Shown piece after piece: positions 24,915-38,579 of a DNA stretch of 64,000 bases. The notes below the pieces were generated by a model. It ran no database searches, was not told the DNA's origin, and was given only the letters and a program-made list of their open reading frames with translations. Source of the DNA: Camelus dromedarius (lineage: Eukaryota); the NCBI RefSeq assembly GCF_036321535.1, contig NC_087436.1:56856001-56920000 (forward strand), given 5' to 3'. A program made the translations under genes and the position numbers. Every line of letters starts with the position of its first letter. The first letter of the stretch is position 1.

Positions 24915-27900
24915 GGGGGTGGCTGTACTTCAGTATTTTTAAGGTCTCTATGTTAGCTGAAAGTAACATAAACATTTTTCTTATTTTTGTAAATCAATTA
25001 CATATGGTTTATTCAAGTTCTAGATGTATAATTTGGGGAAGATATTTTGACACCTTTCAGTCAAATGAAGGCTCTAAAGAAAAAAAGAAATGCAGGAAAA
25101 TGAACAACTTAAAAGAAAGTAGGAGAAAAGATGAGAGAAAACAGGAAACATGTTGTTTCTGTAACAGTTTTGGCATTTCCTATAAACCAATTTACCATTA
25201 AATCCAACACATTTCCCACTCTCGGTATATGATAAGACATCTAAAAGAACATTGTAATTAGACCACAAAACAGATGGAGAAGAGTAGAGCAGGGTGAAAG
25301 GCATGTGGGACGAGAAGGTTAAGCTCACAGGCTGACACCTATCCTTCTCCTCCTCTGCTGCACAACTCCAATCCAGTGTCATGACTGTCAGAGTGGTCAC
25401 AGTAGGTACTTTTTACATAGATCAAAAAGAAAATTTTAAGTCCAGAGACAAATAATGTAGTTGGACTAAGTACTACACAGGTTGGTGGCTGGCATTGCTT
25501 CAAACCCTAAAATGCTATGAATTTATGACACCTGTTCTCTATACTTGAACTTAACCATGCATTTTAATTCAACTGAAAAACTGCTTCACAGATGAAGATA
25601 CTAAAGCTGCTTTAATTTATTTGGAGAATTGCAGCTGCTAGAGGAATGAGTGAGGTAACATTACCGCTAGAATATTTTGTGAGCTTCTACAAAAGCAAAT
25701 TTTTCAAAGAGCATTAACTCATTGTTAGTATTTTTCACAGAATTTCAAATTTACTTAAATATCAAACAAATGTCTCCACAATTTACCTCTTTCTGTGCCT
25801 CCTATGGAACAAATTTGATGGCAAAAATTCTTATTGTGGTGTATTTGGAAAAGCAAAATGAACTTCTAGACAACAGGTATTAGGATGACTGTACAATAAA
25901 AATATATTTAAAATTCCTTTGTTTAAAGAGACAGTGTGATGTTATCGAAAAATCATTACAGTAAGAGGGAAACAGATCTGAGCTTGACTTCTGCCTTAGT
26001 TACAAGTTGTGTGACTTTGAAGCACTTGCTTCACTTTCTTGTAAAGCAGAGGGAGACTGTCAAACAGCTGTGAAGATTCAATGACTGAGGTATATAAAGC
26101 TCCGGGCTCAGTGTATTGCTGGAACAAGAATTTAAAATTCTAGTTTCTTTTTCTTTAATATGCTTTACTTACTAATTTCCTACTGCGTGCTAAAAAAAAA
26201 ACAAGATTGAAATTCCATCCCTAGCAATTTTGACACTTTTCCCATCAGATAGCTGAGAAGAAAAACTGTTATCTAAAGTCCTTGGAAACATGAATATTGC
26301 TATAACCAGTATAAGCTCTTTAAAGGTATAAATAAAAATGGACTCTTTTCTGCATAATTATAAAATTATTTCAGCTGTAAATAGTTACATGTAAAAATCA
26401 AAAACATCACAGCAAAGTTTCAATTAAGGACAAATTCACTTTGATGCCTTGGAGATAATTCTTTGCCTTACTAAAACAAACAGGTTTCTCATTAGAAAAA
26501 GAAATCTACACAAACACTATAGAATCCATAAAATCTGGAAAAGAGACATTGCTCTATATTTCAGTGTGTCAAAAAGATTAAAATCCTAGTTTGAAGGAGG
26601 CAATTAACCAGCTTATCTTTCAAATACAAAAATACTTTTCATAGTTTTAAGAATAATTTAGTAACCAAACATATCCCATATCCTCAGGATAACAAAAACA
26701 TTCTGAACTAATAAATAATCCATTATTTCAAAGCGCGGTCCATGTAACAAAATTCCAGTAAAACAAAAGAATCTGGAAAGTCCCTCATATTCATTGTAAT
26801 AGGGTGAATTACACAGGAAAACAATACTATAAATGTCAGCCAAAACAGTCAAGATAAAGGCAGACTCAATTTTAAGAGAGGTCACTGAATTCAAGACTAT
26901 CACCTATAGGTTTTTATTGTAATGCAAAAATGAACTCTTGCTGTATAACACAAGAAACTAAAATTCATGTATACAAAAAATAGATGAATGAGAGGCTATT
27001 TTTATATGTTTTAAATTTCAGAGAAAGACTGTTAATAGCGATAGTACTTGATAAAAGAAATTATTGGGACTAGTACCATTTAGAAATCTATTTATAAAGC
27101 TGGTTTATTATGAAAACACAGCCTTTAAGATATGTGAAAGAAGAAATAAGCTGCAAAGTTCAACAGTATAAATACTCTGCCGCTTGTGTTCTGCACAGTC
27201 AATCACTCCCGTTTACTTTCCAAATCACATAAAGCCCAAGCTATTTCAGCCTTCGAGACCTTAATAGCAACAACAGTTACTGGAAACAGTTGGGAATGAC
27301 TTGAATTTCAATTCTTTCAAAAGCTCTCAATGCCATGGACACAAGGTTTATTTGAAATTCCGAGGAGACTACTGCCATCAAACACTCAAAAATGACCAGT
27401 TTGTCACTCAATCTCACTAATAACTTCTTAATTATTTCTAAATGTATCAGGCAAACATAGCAAAAATTACTGTATTTTTTAAAGTAACAGTCTCTACAAC
27501 TCAGGGCAGTAACTATTTATTGAGTATTTCTACGTCCCCTGGAGTGATAGGCTCTGGAGTATGTAAAAACAGAGTATTATTTCTTCCTTTCAAAAGCGGG
27601 GTGTGATATTCTGGCCATTTAACTCAGCGTGCATGTTACATCTTCCTCAGCTATTCCATTTTATACTAGGAAATATGACATATGCCTCTCATTTTAAACT
27701 CTGAAATTAGGCTTTTTCTTAAAATGATATTGAAGGTAAATTTGGTAGAATCTAATGTTGTAGAATCATGTTCTTTTTAATCCACTAACAAGCAGATGTG
27801 ACCAGGAGAATCTTCCCAGGTTACTCTCGTCCTTCAATTGCTGCCCTGCGATCTCTGCCTTTCTTTCTTGTTTCCCTGACCACCCTCAAACTCTCTCTCC

Positions 27901-28479
27901 TCTGTCTCATCTTACCTATGGATCTACTTTCAGATGGCTTAAAATGTTTCTTGGCCAGTGGTTCCCAATTTGTGAAGGATGCTTGAAGCAGCTGGAGGTA
28001 ACAAGCACACAGTTCGAAGCAGTCACAGATGATTCATGAATTCATTTCTATACTAAACACTGTTTAAAGTCTGCTTAGATCATGTATATGTTTGGATTTT
28101 TAAATAAATGTAAATTCTTGTACATAAATATAAAAAATCTTCATTTAAAAATGCAGTACAATAGGTATGAAGTCTGCAGTTTCTTAAAATACAATTATTA
28201 TCTTAATGTAGTGGGCGAAGGGTTGCCCAGGAAATGTTTGATATTAAAACAAGGTCCTTATTTAAGGTTAGAAACCAGGGCTCCACAGTGTGCGCTCCTT
28301 GAGGGCAGGTGTGAGGGCTTCCTTTCCATCCCCAATAACCAGCACAGTAAATGTCCGATTAGCATTTGTCCAACAAAAGGATCTTACACATTACTCCCAT
28401 TATTACTAGGAGCTACGCTTCCCCACCTCCATACCCTGAGGCCTGGCTACTTTATTCTATTCTATTCATAGTCTGGTTT

Positions 28480-29270
28480 GAGATACATACAAAGTGTACT
28501 AACAGGTGGTTAGAGATGAATGTGGGAGGTTCAGACAAGGAATGAGTCCTCCTCATCTGGGTAACAGGGTGGGTGGTGGGCGCTTCAACAAGATAAGTGC
28601 AGCTGGAGATGCAAACTGGTGAGACAAGGTGGAGAGCTCAGTTCTGACCATACTGAGGTTGAGGAATCTGTGAGACACTCTAGTGTAAAGCAGAGCAGAA
28701 CCATGGCTCCAGGGAGTCAAGGAGCCGGGAGAAGGTGACAGGAGAATGGAGCCCGGGTCCAGCAGGCTGAAAACATGAGCCTTCTTTGGCTCTTCCCTCT
28801 TTCCTCATATTCACACCATTACTGTGGCCTTTAGAATTACTGTTCACAGATTCTAATTCCTCCCATTTCTCCTCTGCTTTCCATTTCAGGCCCTCAAGCC
28901 CCACGTTACTGCAATCCTTGTCAAACTGGTCTCCCTGCCTCTGGTGTCTACCTTCCTCCAAGCAGTCTCATTAAACACTTTCCTGAAAATGTCACTTTTC
29001 TGATCAAAACTTTCAACATCTCAGTGTCTAAGACTCTGCAAAGCATTATTCAAACCTAACTTTCCTTTCATTCTTATCTCCACTTTTGATGGTTAGCATG
29101 CTCGTCTGAACAGATCCTTGGGGACTGGCCGCCCCCATCTGAGACAGTCTTCTCATCAAAGCCAAGCCCAAGATTCAGCACCTATAAGAAGCCTTTCCAT
29201 CTGAAAAGGATCTTGCCCTCTTTGAACCTCTGTAGCAGTTTCTGTCTCTCCCTATCTCAATAAATATCCC
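28480..29270. mobile_element. L2 fragments in opposite orientations
   Basis: Antisense L2-like GAGCTCAGTTCTGACCATACTGAGGTTGAGG, then sense L2-like CTGCAATCCTTGTCAAACTGGTCTCCCTGCCTC. Confidence 0.5.
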
Positions 29271-29291
29271 AATCATAAATCACTCTCTTAG

Positions 29292-29435
29292 TGGGGAAGG
29301 GTAGAGCAGTGGTAGAGTGCGCGCTTAGCATGCACGAGGTCCTGTTTCAATCCCTAGTACCTTCACTAAAAATAAATAATAAACCTAAGCACCTACCCCC
29401 CAAAAAAGGTTTTTTTTTAAATTAAAAATAAATAA
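29292..29435 (+). mobile_element. tRNA-derived SINE (Vic-1-like)
   Basis: GGGGAAGGGTAGAGCAGTGGTAGAGTGCGCGCTTAGCATGCACGAGGTCCTG, tail AAACCTAAGCACCTACCCCC; TSD ATAAATCACTCTCTT (29275-29289) / ATAAGTCATTCTCTT (29436-29450). Confidence 0.87.
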
Positions 29436-30189
29436 ATAAGTCATTCTCTTTATATCCACCCCTTATGGCACCTGGTCATAAGGTAAATCTGAAGAAGTCC
29501 AATTTTCAAAAATTTGGAACATTATGAGATTTTCCAATTAAACTTAAGTAATGACAGTGTTGATAAAAGGCTACAAGAGAAAATTATTTCTAAAAGTATC
29601 ATAAAAACACAATCCAATAGTTAGAAATTTAACTTGATATTAATGTCACACAGGAAATTAAAGGGAATACACATGAATTTGGACGGGAGAGTGACAGAAA
29701 AAACTTTTTTTTGTTGTTTGTCTTTCTGGCTTAACCCAGAGTAAGAGAGAACTATATCTGCATTGTTCCTCTAAAGAGAACAAGAGGAATTAGCAGAATA
29801 AACAAGACTAGGGGCATACCGGTTTCTCTTCTCTGCCATAAATTATTGGTTGAGATAGTTCTTGAACGAAGGCAGTAGTTAGCTAGCACTAAGCATAATA
29901 TCCGTATCCACTGCATGCTTTAAAAAAGCTTTAATTACAATTGTATGATCAAAAACCACTCACTTGACTATAAACAATCCTTTCTTCTAACACTTGAATC
30001 ATCATCTTTCTGACTTTCGAAGATAACTACCTACCAGACGGCCCTCTCATTTTCTCCCTATTTCCCTCCAGTCACACCCATTTTGTTGCTAAGAAACAAA
30101 ATAAATACAATCTCCTAGAAGTAACTTTACAATGGACACTGTATTGACACTCACTTATACTGAAGAGAGAAACAGGAAGAAAGGAGAGA

Positions 30190-30390
30190 AAACTTATCTA
30201 CATTATGTCCTAGGTTTTTTACATTTATTATTTCATCTAACCTTTATAATAGCCCTAGAAGGGAGTTATTACTTTGCCCACTCACAAATGGCTAACAAAC
30301 TCAGTTATATAACGTGCCTAAGGTCACACAGCTAGGAAGTGGTGGAACCAAGGTTTGTACCAAGTTGTCCTAATTTCAAAGCCAGTTTTA
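30190..30390 (-). mobile_element. MIR SINE
   Basis: Antisense core GCCTAAGGTCACACAGCTAGGAAGTGGTGGAACCAAGGTTTG. Confidence 0.7.
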
Positions 30391-31516
30391 CTACCAATCT
30401 CCTTCTTTATATCTCTATTCCATGGCCTATTTAAAAATTATACACATACAAAAATATTCTACATATTAAGGATTTACATTAAAGCTTCAAAATTAAACAG
30501 GTGTTTAAATGTATTATTCTCTAGGATTATTTTAACTCAAAGGATTACAGAATGAAATATTTTTTCCTTCAGATAAATCAATAAGACTCTAATGTTAAAA
30601 AAAAAAAAAACTGTACTTTCAAGATGTAAAGTTAAAAGGCAAGAATTTCAAAATGCAAAATACACTCTGACAAACCCATATTTACCAAATCTGCTATTGC
30701 CAAGTTGCTACAGACTATCAAAAATGATGCACTAATTTGAGTCTTCAAGTTCGTTTTCAGCAGTCTTTATCCCTAGTGAATTGAAGAAGAAGAGATAAAA
30801 GATAAATACTTCCCTTGGAGGTCTGCTGATAGGCAGTTTCAGCATCTTTTCCAGTCAGCGTCATATTGAGTAAGAAGTCTTAAAAACATACTTTTTTAAA
30901 ATTTGTGAATCCTTAGTTACTCATGGAATGCACAGACAGAGCCATCTGAAGAAAAAAGTTTTCTAACTTTAAAACAGAAATAAGCTAGCAAATACTATAG
31001 TCAACAAGCTTATAAACTTGGGGGGGGGAATTAAAAATGACATTTTGATTTAGGACAAGCAACCATATATACAAGACAGTATCCAAATGAATGCTTCTAC
31101 CTAGCAGCCCACTCATCTATTGAGCCTCCTTATTTTCTTTTACTTTTATTCTAATATATAAGATCTATGAAGCACACAGAAAATAATTTAGGTATAATAT
31201 TTATTATGGAATACTGAAAGGTGAGAGTGAAAATGAAAAGAGATGCTGTTGCTTAAAAGTAAAAGAATCAAGGAGTAACTCCTATTAAATTACTATCCTG
31301 TCTTACCAAATTTTATTATGAGACTATAGTCACTAAGGCCCTTGTTACAGCAAAGAAAGAGGGGAGGGCAGTCTTTGAACTGATCTGGGTTTGTTAGGCA
31401 AGTCACATAAACTCTCAAAGCCATAAAATAATCATCCAGAAAATGGGTATGTTAACTGCTTCCTCAATGGACTGATAAAAGGATTAAGTGAGATATGTGA
31501 AAAGACCTGCACAAAA

Positions 31517-32001
31517 ACTACTCAGCCATAAAAAAGAATGAAATAATGCCATTTGCAGCAACACAAATGGACCTAGAGATTATCATACTAAGTGAAGTAA
31601 GTCAGACAGAGAAAGACAAATATCATATGATATCACTTCTATGTGGAATCTAAAAAACACAAATGAACTTATTTATGAAACAGAAACAGACTTACAGACA
31701 CAGAAAACAGACTTCCGGTTACCAGAGGGGGAAGGGGGAAGGAAGAGATAAATTGGGAGTTCGAGATTTGCAGATACTAAATAGTATATATAAAATAGAT
31801 AAACAACAAGTTTCTACTGTATACCATAGGGAACTATATTCAATATCTTGTAGTAACCTATAAGGAAAAAGAATATGAAAAAGTGCTGTTTGAATATAAA
31901 TACACACACAGACACACACACATATATACATACAACTGAATGACTATGCTGTATACCAGGAACTAACATATTATAAATCAACTACACTCTTATTAAAAAA
32001 A
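31517..32001 (+). mobile_element. 5'-truncated L1 (ORF2 end, 3' UTR, poly-A) inserted in a MIR (about 31376-31500)
   Basis: ACTACTCAGCCATAAAAAAGAATGAAATAATGCCATTTGCAGCAAC...poly-A; TSD AAAAGACCTGCACAAAA (31500-31516) / AAAAGACTTGCACTAAA (32002-32018). Confidence 0.9.
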
Positions 32002-34319
32002 AAAAGACTTGCACTAAAGAGATGTCAATGTGTGCTTGTCCTCTTCCACTTTCTTCCTAAGCAGCACTTCTAATTTTAATGATGAGGAGGAGGGTAGATT
32101 AATCAGACAGTCCTTCTGAAAAAGTTATCCTCCAAACAAAGAATTAAAAAACAAGATTAAAACCAACACAAACAAGCAAAAAACAAACAATAAAAACCAA
32201 TAAAACCTAAATTGCAGAAAAGACATTCAAAAAGCATATGAAATACCAAAGGGAAAAAAGGAACCAGAGGTGGGATAATGTGAAACTCCAATTAAAAGAA
32301 AAGATAATCAAACTAAATGTCTTTTAATTCACATGAAAAGAAGCATCCCAGATAGAGAACCAAAACCTCCGATTAAAAAAATAAAAACTTTCTGAAATCT
32401 TGCCTCTATGATATTAGTGAAAAAAGAGAGTTGAACCCATTAAAGTTAACAGTCATAGGATGTTAAGCAATCCATTAAAATGAAACAAAAGATGCCTAAT
32501 AGCTTCAGTCTGGTACAACAGCTACTTTTTCTTTTTTCTTGTAACTCAAAGTGCCTATTAAATTATTCCACTCTGTCATTCATTAGTTGTAGTTACTGGA
32601 CCTCTGACAATTTTTTTTTTTTTTGTAGCTTCAAGGATGAGGAAGAAGCAGGAGGCTGAAAGAGAGTACATCAATATTTTTCAAAACTCAATCCTTCTAT
32701 ATCTTTCACTTCCAATCATAACAAGTTATACACTAAATGAAGCTTAAGGAACCAAAAAAATTAAAAAAAACACAGACATGCCACTACCAATAATGCAAAA
32801 AACAAGAAAGATTAGAAAAATTACACATCGTCCCTGTGATTCTGAGAGGATTAATTTAAAAATATTAAATAAGGACAAATATATAAAGTATTTTTTAATG
32901 ATTAAGTTTTGTTTGAATATCATTCTGACCGACCTTTCACCTTAAAGTCGGCAGAGTAGTACAAGTCACTCTGCTAACCTGGCACAGTTTAAGATAACTC
33001 CAATGAAAAAAGTCAAATTTCCTGATTCTCAAAGCCAAAACAAGCAGACTTAAGTTAGTCTGATCTAACAGCAAGCTCTAGGGAACTTATCCATTTACAG
33101 CTGAAAAACCACAACAAGAGAACCAGAATTTAAGGCAACTAAGAAATTAGTCCTAACCTCGTTTTACAGTCAGGAAAATGAAGGCCTGGAAGTTTAGTGA
33201 CTTACCCCAATTCATACAGTAAGTTACTAGCAGGTTTATCTACGTTATTCAGAGAATTACTGAAATAAAATGAAAGTCAAAAATCTTATTCACAGATCCA
33301 ACTCTAAGATAATTAATAGAGCTACAAGACATCAAAGCTTTAGAAAGTAGTTTTCTTCTCTTATTAGCTGAAATAATGCAACTTTTTAAATGATCCACTT
33401 TGACTTGGATCAAAAGCATAGGCAAAATGCAAATGATATTTAAAAATAAGCACACTACTATCTGCCTAATTGTCCCAAAAGGAAAAATAATTTCAAATAG
33501 AATTTTTCAGTGTCCAGTTGTAGTATACTTAGAATCAGTGCCAGTTTCAGGGGGAAAAAAAATGCTTTCCCATCCTTTCCAAGGATAAAAGACAAATCAA
33601 AATGAAAACTTCCACACTTCTATATTCATTAGATGCTAGGATTCAATGAGACAAGTCTTTTATTTTTTAGGATATCAATGAGAGATAGTGTGTTTGCTTT
33701 ATTACAAAAGCCCCAAATTAGACTAGATAGGAAAAACAGTACAAAATAACCCTACTCAAGCAAGTCTCTTTATTTTACTTTTTCTTACTTAAATCCTACT
33801 TTAGGATATTGAGGTTGGGCTTAAAGAAGAGATCAATTAAATATACATATTTAATGAACAGACATATAACAATAGTACTTAATACCAAAACAATTTCACA
33901 AAACAAAATTGCTGGTAACTTTCATTTCAAAAACAAGGATGGGTTTTCTCTTATAGTCTCCCCCTGGGGATTCCTGGGTGGAGATGAGCAGAAGTGGTAA
34001 TCACCCAGTACTTCTACTAGAAGGAAAAGGCAGTGCACCGCTAGCAAGACTATACTTCAATAAAAAATGAATATACAAAAAAAAAAGAATTTAATAAAAA
34101 TGATGAAACCTAAATTATTTCTTAAACTGAGATTAATCCTATGAGAAAGAAAGACTAGGGAGCGGCTTGGCCTGCTCCTCCTTTAGCCCCTCTTTCCAAT
34201 AATGATGTCTTTTCTCTCCCAAATCCTACCGTAGATCTGGCCAAGCAGCTACAACGCTCCAAGGTGTTCTCACAACTTTTTATAGGCCCAGGAAAACTTA
34301 AATTTTATTACAAACATTA

Positions 34320-34782
34320 CAGTGCCCCACAAGGCTCTACAAGTTCTGTCCCTTCCCTACCCACTCCCTGCTCCCTCCCTCTCTGACCTCACTTCTTACC
34401 CCTCTGCCTTCACTCACTCTGCTCCAGGCACACTGGTCTTCCCAACGGGGCCACTGCACCAGCTCTTCCCTCCGCCTGGGACACTCGGGACCCAGGGATC
34501 CAGCAACCTTCTCACTGAGTCTTTCCCCACCACTCTACCTTAAATTGCTGTCTCCTACCCCTGCATTCTCTATGGCCCTTAGATGCTTTATTTTTCCCTA
34601 TAGCACTTATCACCATGTGACATACCATACGCTTTTACTTGTGTATTATCTGTCTCTGCTCACTAAAAGGTCAGCACCAGGAGGGCAGGAATTTTGTCTG
34701 TTTTGCTCACTGTTGTGTCCCCAGCACCTACAACAGTGCCTGGCACAGTAATAGCTCAAAAAATATTTGTGGAATAAATCAG
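34320..34782 (+). mobile_element. LINE L2a-like 3' end
   Basis: GAGGGCAGGAATTTTGTCTGTTTTGCTCACTG...CCCAGCACCTACAACAGTGCCTGGCACAGTAATAGCTCAAAAAATATTTGTGGAATAAAT. Confidence 0.8.
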
Positions 34783-35372
34783 TGATGCCAAGTCTGAGAA
34801 ATAATGCTGGTGCCCATCGAACATTTATTGGACACTAGAAACACAAGACTATACAAGATGTTGTCAAATATAAATAGTACAAAAAAACATGGTCTTTGCT
34901 TTCAAGGAGTCTAGCTGGTGAAACAGAGCTAATATACATGAAGTAATTAGTTAACTACATAGGCAGTATTAGGTATGATTATTAACTAATTAGGTTTATT
35001 TGTATATGACTCATGGAATCTGCCTTATTATTCCTAGTTATACCTAGTGTATAATTAAATGCTGAGCTGAATAGTATAAACTTGTCATAAGAGTTCAAAG
35101 GGGGAAAATGGGTAAGGAAAGACTATGGGTAGATGATGAGGAGTTTGCGGAATGGAGGCACGAACTGGCAGTGAAGAGGTGGGTAGGCGTTCCAGATGAA
35201 GCAGATTTTCGTAAGAGGACAAAAAGGCATGTGAGGGACAGTAAGGTATCTTAAAAACAGAAATATGGTATTCACTGATGAGCAGCGATAATCTGTGGAG
35301 GACAATCTGAGTGGGCCTTGGTCGCAGAGAGTCTGCTCCTCTGAGCAAGGGACTCCAGTCTGGATGGAATCT

Positions 35373-35875
35373 CACAGCACATACGGTGGGTACCCAGTCT
35401 GGGTCCCCTAGAACTCTTCTACTGGCTTGGCACATCCATCCTCAAGGTGCTCCCTGTATTGCTGCTAATGGTTCACACCAGCAACTTCTGCTGTGGAAGC
35501 AGCAGAAGCTACCTCCTAGCCTTCCCCTGCACATGCACGTGTGCATGCGCACATACACACACATACACACACACATGTATTTCCAGGATAGCTGGTGGCC
35601 AAAGACTAAGGAACGTAGGAAGGGGGACAAAAGCCCAGTTCCTTTGCCTCGAGGTAAGACAGACTCAATGGTACAATTTTGTTGCCAAGTTCCCTCCTGG
35701 GTGAAGCTAAGGCGAAACATCCCCTGAAACCACAACCCTGCTCACCTCAGTTTCTTCTTCCCAATCCTGCTTCACTCACTCCCTTGAAAGTAACATTTGA
35801 AAGATCTCTCTTGATCTATCAATTGTATGTGAATCCCATCTCAGGTCCTGCTTCTCGGGAAACTGGACTAAGACA
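35373..35875 (+). mobile_element. ERVL-class solo LTR (LTR16-like) with an internal (CA)n tract
   Basis: 3' end AATCCCATCTCAGGTCCTGCTTCTCGGGAAACTGGACTAAGACA; internal TTGCTGCTAATGGTTCACACC; flanks AATCT / AGTCT. Confidence 0.65.
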
Positions 35876-36939
35876 AGTCTATGAAGGAAAGTACTAGTTA
35901 TTCATGAAGAAAACTACATGTATATGAAGAAAAAGTTACACAGAGAAAGTCCTGTTGTAGTTCACTCAGTTTGGAAGGAGAATGCTGAACAGTCTGGTTG
36001 GTGAGAGGTGGGGTAAAGAGGGTAAGATGACTGGAGGCCAATTAAGGATGCTGTTGTTCAAACTCAGAAATGAGTGGGAGTAAAAATATTTGCTTTGATA
36101 TGAGAAAGAGAGAGGACTTAAGAAGAGAATGGCCTTCGTATAGGGAAGAATTGAAGATAATTGTTCAAAGTTTTATTTTTTCCATAAAAGGCAAAAAGCA
36201 TTTCTTCAGTAGCAACGCCTATGTCATACCGTGAATTCTCACAAATGCAATTCTCTTTCAGGCTGACATCACCTAACAAAAGAAGTGTTCAAAAACTGGA
36301 GAAGAGCAACAATAAATGACAACAGGACTCTAAAATTCTCCCTCATATTTTGGGTCTCTTGAGTATCCATATTCAGAAATAAGAAGACAAGATTAAGTAG
36401 TATCTCCAAATGTTTATAATTTTGTATTTAAGCAGCTTCAAAGACACTTCTCGAGTCAGTAGCAGATGACTTAAATTAGAAATGCATTCAAACAGGGTAA
36501 CATCTGGTTTTCATCTACTCTTTAGGAACCCAGAAGTGTTTTCAATAGAAAATAAGATACTGAGTCCTGGATCATAAAATAAGGAGCACAATGTGAAAAC
36601 AAGTAAGCTACTATGAAAGAAATGACACACAGCCCAGAAAAAAAGCTTACACCCTACATAAACTTTCCGTATCGAATTTGAGAAACAGCTCAACATCATC
36701 TGTGTTTGTTTTGCTGATATCTTAGACGAGTTAAGCTTCTTGACTTCTTGGATCCCTTTCAGAATTCATACTTAGCAAAAATGCCTATCAACAAAAATGA
36801 CTACCTTCATTTAACTAGTAACAATTTTTGTGTTATAGGTCTCAATATATAGAATGAAAGGATACTATCAAAATGGAACTTTTTAGCAAGGTTTTTTTTT
36901 CTCATTGATTACTTTTATATGTATTAAAATATATAGCTA

Positions 36940-37165
36940 TTGCAGATACTAACTACTATATATAAAGTAGATAAAACAACAAGTTTCTTCTGCATTGCAC
37001 AGGGAACACTATTCAATATCTTGTAGTAACCTATAATGAAAAAGAATACAAAAAGGAATATATGTATGTATATGGATGACTGAAACGTTATGCTATACAC
37101 CAGAAATTGACACAACATTGTAGCCTGACTATACTTCAGTTTATAAACAAACAGTAAAAAATAAT
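36940..37165 (+). mobile_element. 5'-truncated L1 3' UTR, same family as the 31517-32001 copy
   Basis: Aligns by eye with about 31768-31995 (TTGCAGATACTAA...ATTCAATATCTTGTAGTAACCTAT); TSD AAAATATATAGCTA (36926-36939) / ACAATGTATAGCTA (37166-37179). Confidence 0.85.
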
Positions 37166-38144
37166 ACAATGTATAGCTAATATCTTTCCAAATTTAAATA
37201 TACATGATCTTTGATTCAATGGTCCATTGAAAGAAATTTCACACGCACACACATATACACACTCACACATACTCACCATACACACACAAATTTCTCCAAA
37301 GGGGAACTGGTCAGAAAGTCATGATACATCAAAGTAAATCTGTAAGTCTAAGTTCACAAAAATGTTTCCTACTCTGTCCTAAGACCCAACTGATACTGCT
37401 CCGGACAAGTGCATATAATTTATTTTGTTTATATCCTCTAAATAGTCCCAGGAGAGACTCCAAGAAAAAAAGGTTTCATAGCTAAAAATGTTTGGAAAGT
37501 ACCACATACATTACTCCTCTCTTAAAGATTTATAACACACACAATAATTTATGGAAGACTATAAGATGTTTCAGAGGAAAATAGTGCTTTCCAAAGTTTA
37601 TAGAACAGAGAACACTTCTGTAATCATAAAAAGCAAGTCTTGCTTAAAATCCTCCATAACCACCTGGTAAATGATAGCTACCTTCCTTATAAACTTAAAG
37701 GTTCAGAGCCATCATTCAATCATGCTCCCTCTATTCCCTCTTTCTCCTCCCTTCCCCTCAACCCAAGACACCATAGTGGTTCAATCTTTATATTTCATAA
37801 TAACCACAGACAATTTATCAAAATATAATTCTTGGCCCTTACTTCCAGATATTCTGATTCCTATCAGTATTTTTAACAAGAAATCCAGGTGCTATCAATA
37901 TAGTTCATATGTTGGGATACTGAAAAGACCTGATATAGTATAACCAATGTGATAATTAGCTATTTTAAAACTGAAGCCAAACTAAATTCAGAAAATCTGG
38001 ACTTCAAATGCATATATTAAAATTTTATTTTTCTACCCAGGAGAAAAAGGGGCAAAAGACATTAAAAAAAAAAATCATACCTTAAAAAAATACCCTCTAG
38101 TATATTGCCCAGAATATTAAGGCCAAGAGTTTTACGCTATAAGA

Positions 38145-38270
38145 ATTCCTAGCCTGCAATCCATTGAGAAATTTCAGGAATTCTTAAATTCCCTGAAACA
38201 ATACACACAATTTTTGTGTGTATGTGAATACATGCTGTATAATCCAAAGCTATCACCAATTCTTACACTG
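38145..38270 (+). mobile_element. Degraded hAT MITE (Charlie4z-like); a second copy lies at about 45300-45440
   Basis: Shared pattern CTGAAA...TGTG/ATG...TCCA(A/T)AGCT...AATTCT at both loci; family name recalled. Confidence 0.45.
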
Positions 38271-38427
38271 CTCAATTACCCAATTTAAAAGCCATTATAT
38301 TTTTTATTCATCTACCTGAAACAATGGCAGCAGAAACTGCTTTTTAGTTAACACCATGAATCAGATACACGAAAACACATTCCTCAGTGTTGTTTTCTCT
38401 CTCAGAGCCAAACAAAAAGCAATTTAC

Positions 38428-38579
38428 CTTTGCAGGGTCATATTCAAAGAGCCTGTACAACCCTTAATCTTGTTCTGGGCTTCAAGATGAGTCATTCCAT
38501 GCGCACTTATTCCGTCAATGCTGAGAACCACATCACCTATTCTTACATTTGCCTGGGATGCTTTGCCGCCGTCTTTCAG
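38428..38579 (-). CDS. PDLIM5: PDLIM5 (ENH) internal coding exon encoding the C-terminal half of the PDZ domain (second coding exon in the human gene structure as recalled)
   Basis: Translates to LKDGGKASQANVRIGDVVLSIDGISAHGMTHLEAQNKIKGCTGSLNMTLQ(R), recognisable as the PDLIM5 PDZ domain. Minus-strand acceptor TTTTTTACAG|CTG (AG at 38581-38580) and donor CAAAG|GTAAAT (GT at 38427-38426). Length 152 bp = 50 codons + 2 nt (phase 0 in, phase 2 out). Confidence 0.96.

Larger units (their letters stand above)
1..38427 (-). other. PDLIM5: PDLIM5 intron downstream of the PDZ exon (partial)
   Basis: Begins with the GTAAAT donor. No following PDLIM5 exon recognised by eye, though a short or alternative exon could have been missed. 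Confidence 0.75.

Noticed and set aside
27088..27097. MEF2 match CTATTTATAA (also at 57403-57412)
   Set aside because: Isolated matches are expected by chance in AT-rich DNA, and I saw no supporting cluster.
29400..29409. CArG match CCAAAAAAGG
   Set aside because: Lies in a SINE A-rich tail; poly-A core is a poor SRF site.
35085..35897. Cluster of overlapping ORFs up to 138 aa on both strands
   Set aside because: Mostly overlaps an LTR16-like element and a (CA)n tract; higher GC lowers stop frequency; no recognisable protein similarity.
38172..38223. Two tandem hairpins about 200 nt into the downstream intron (TTTCAGGAATT/AATTCCCTGAAA and ATACACACAA/TTGTGTGTAT)
   Set aside because: AT-rich and apparently inherited from a degraded hAT MITE with internal palindromes; no evidence of selected RNA structure.
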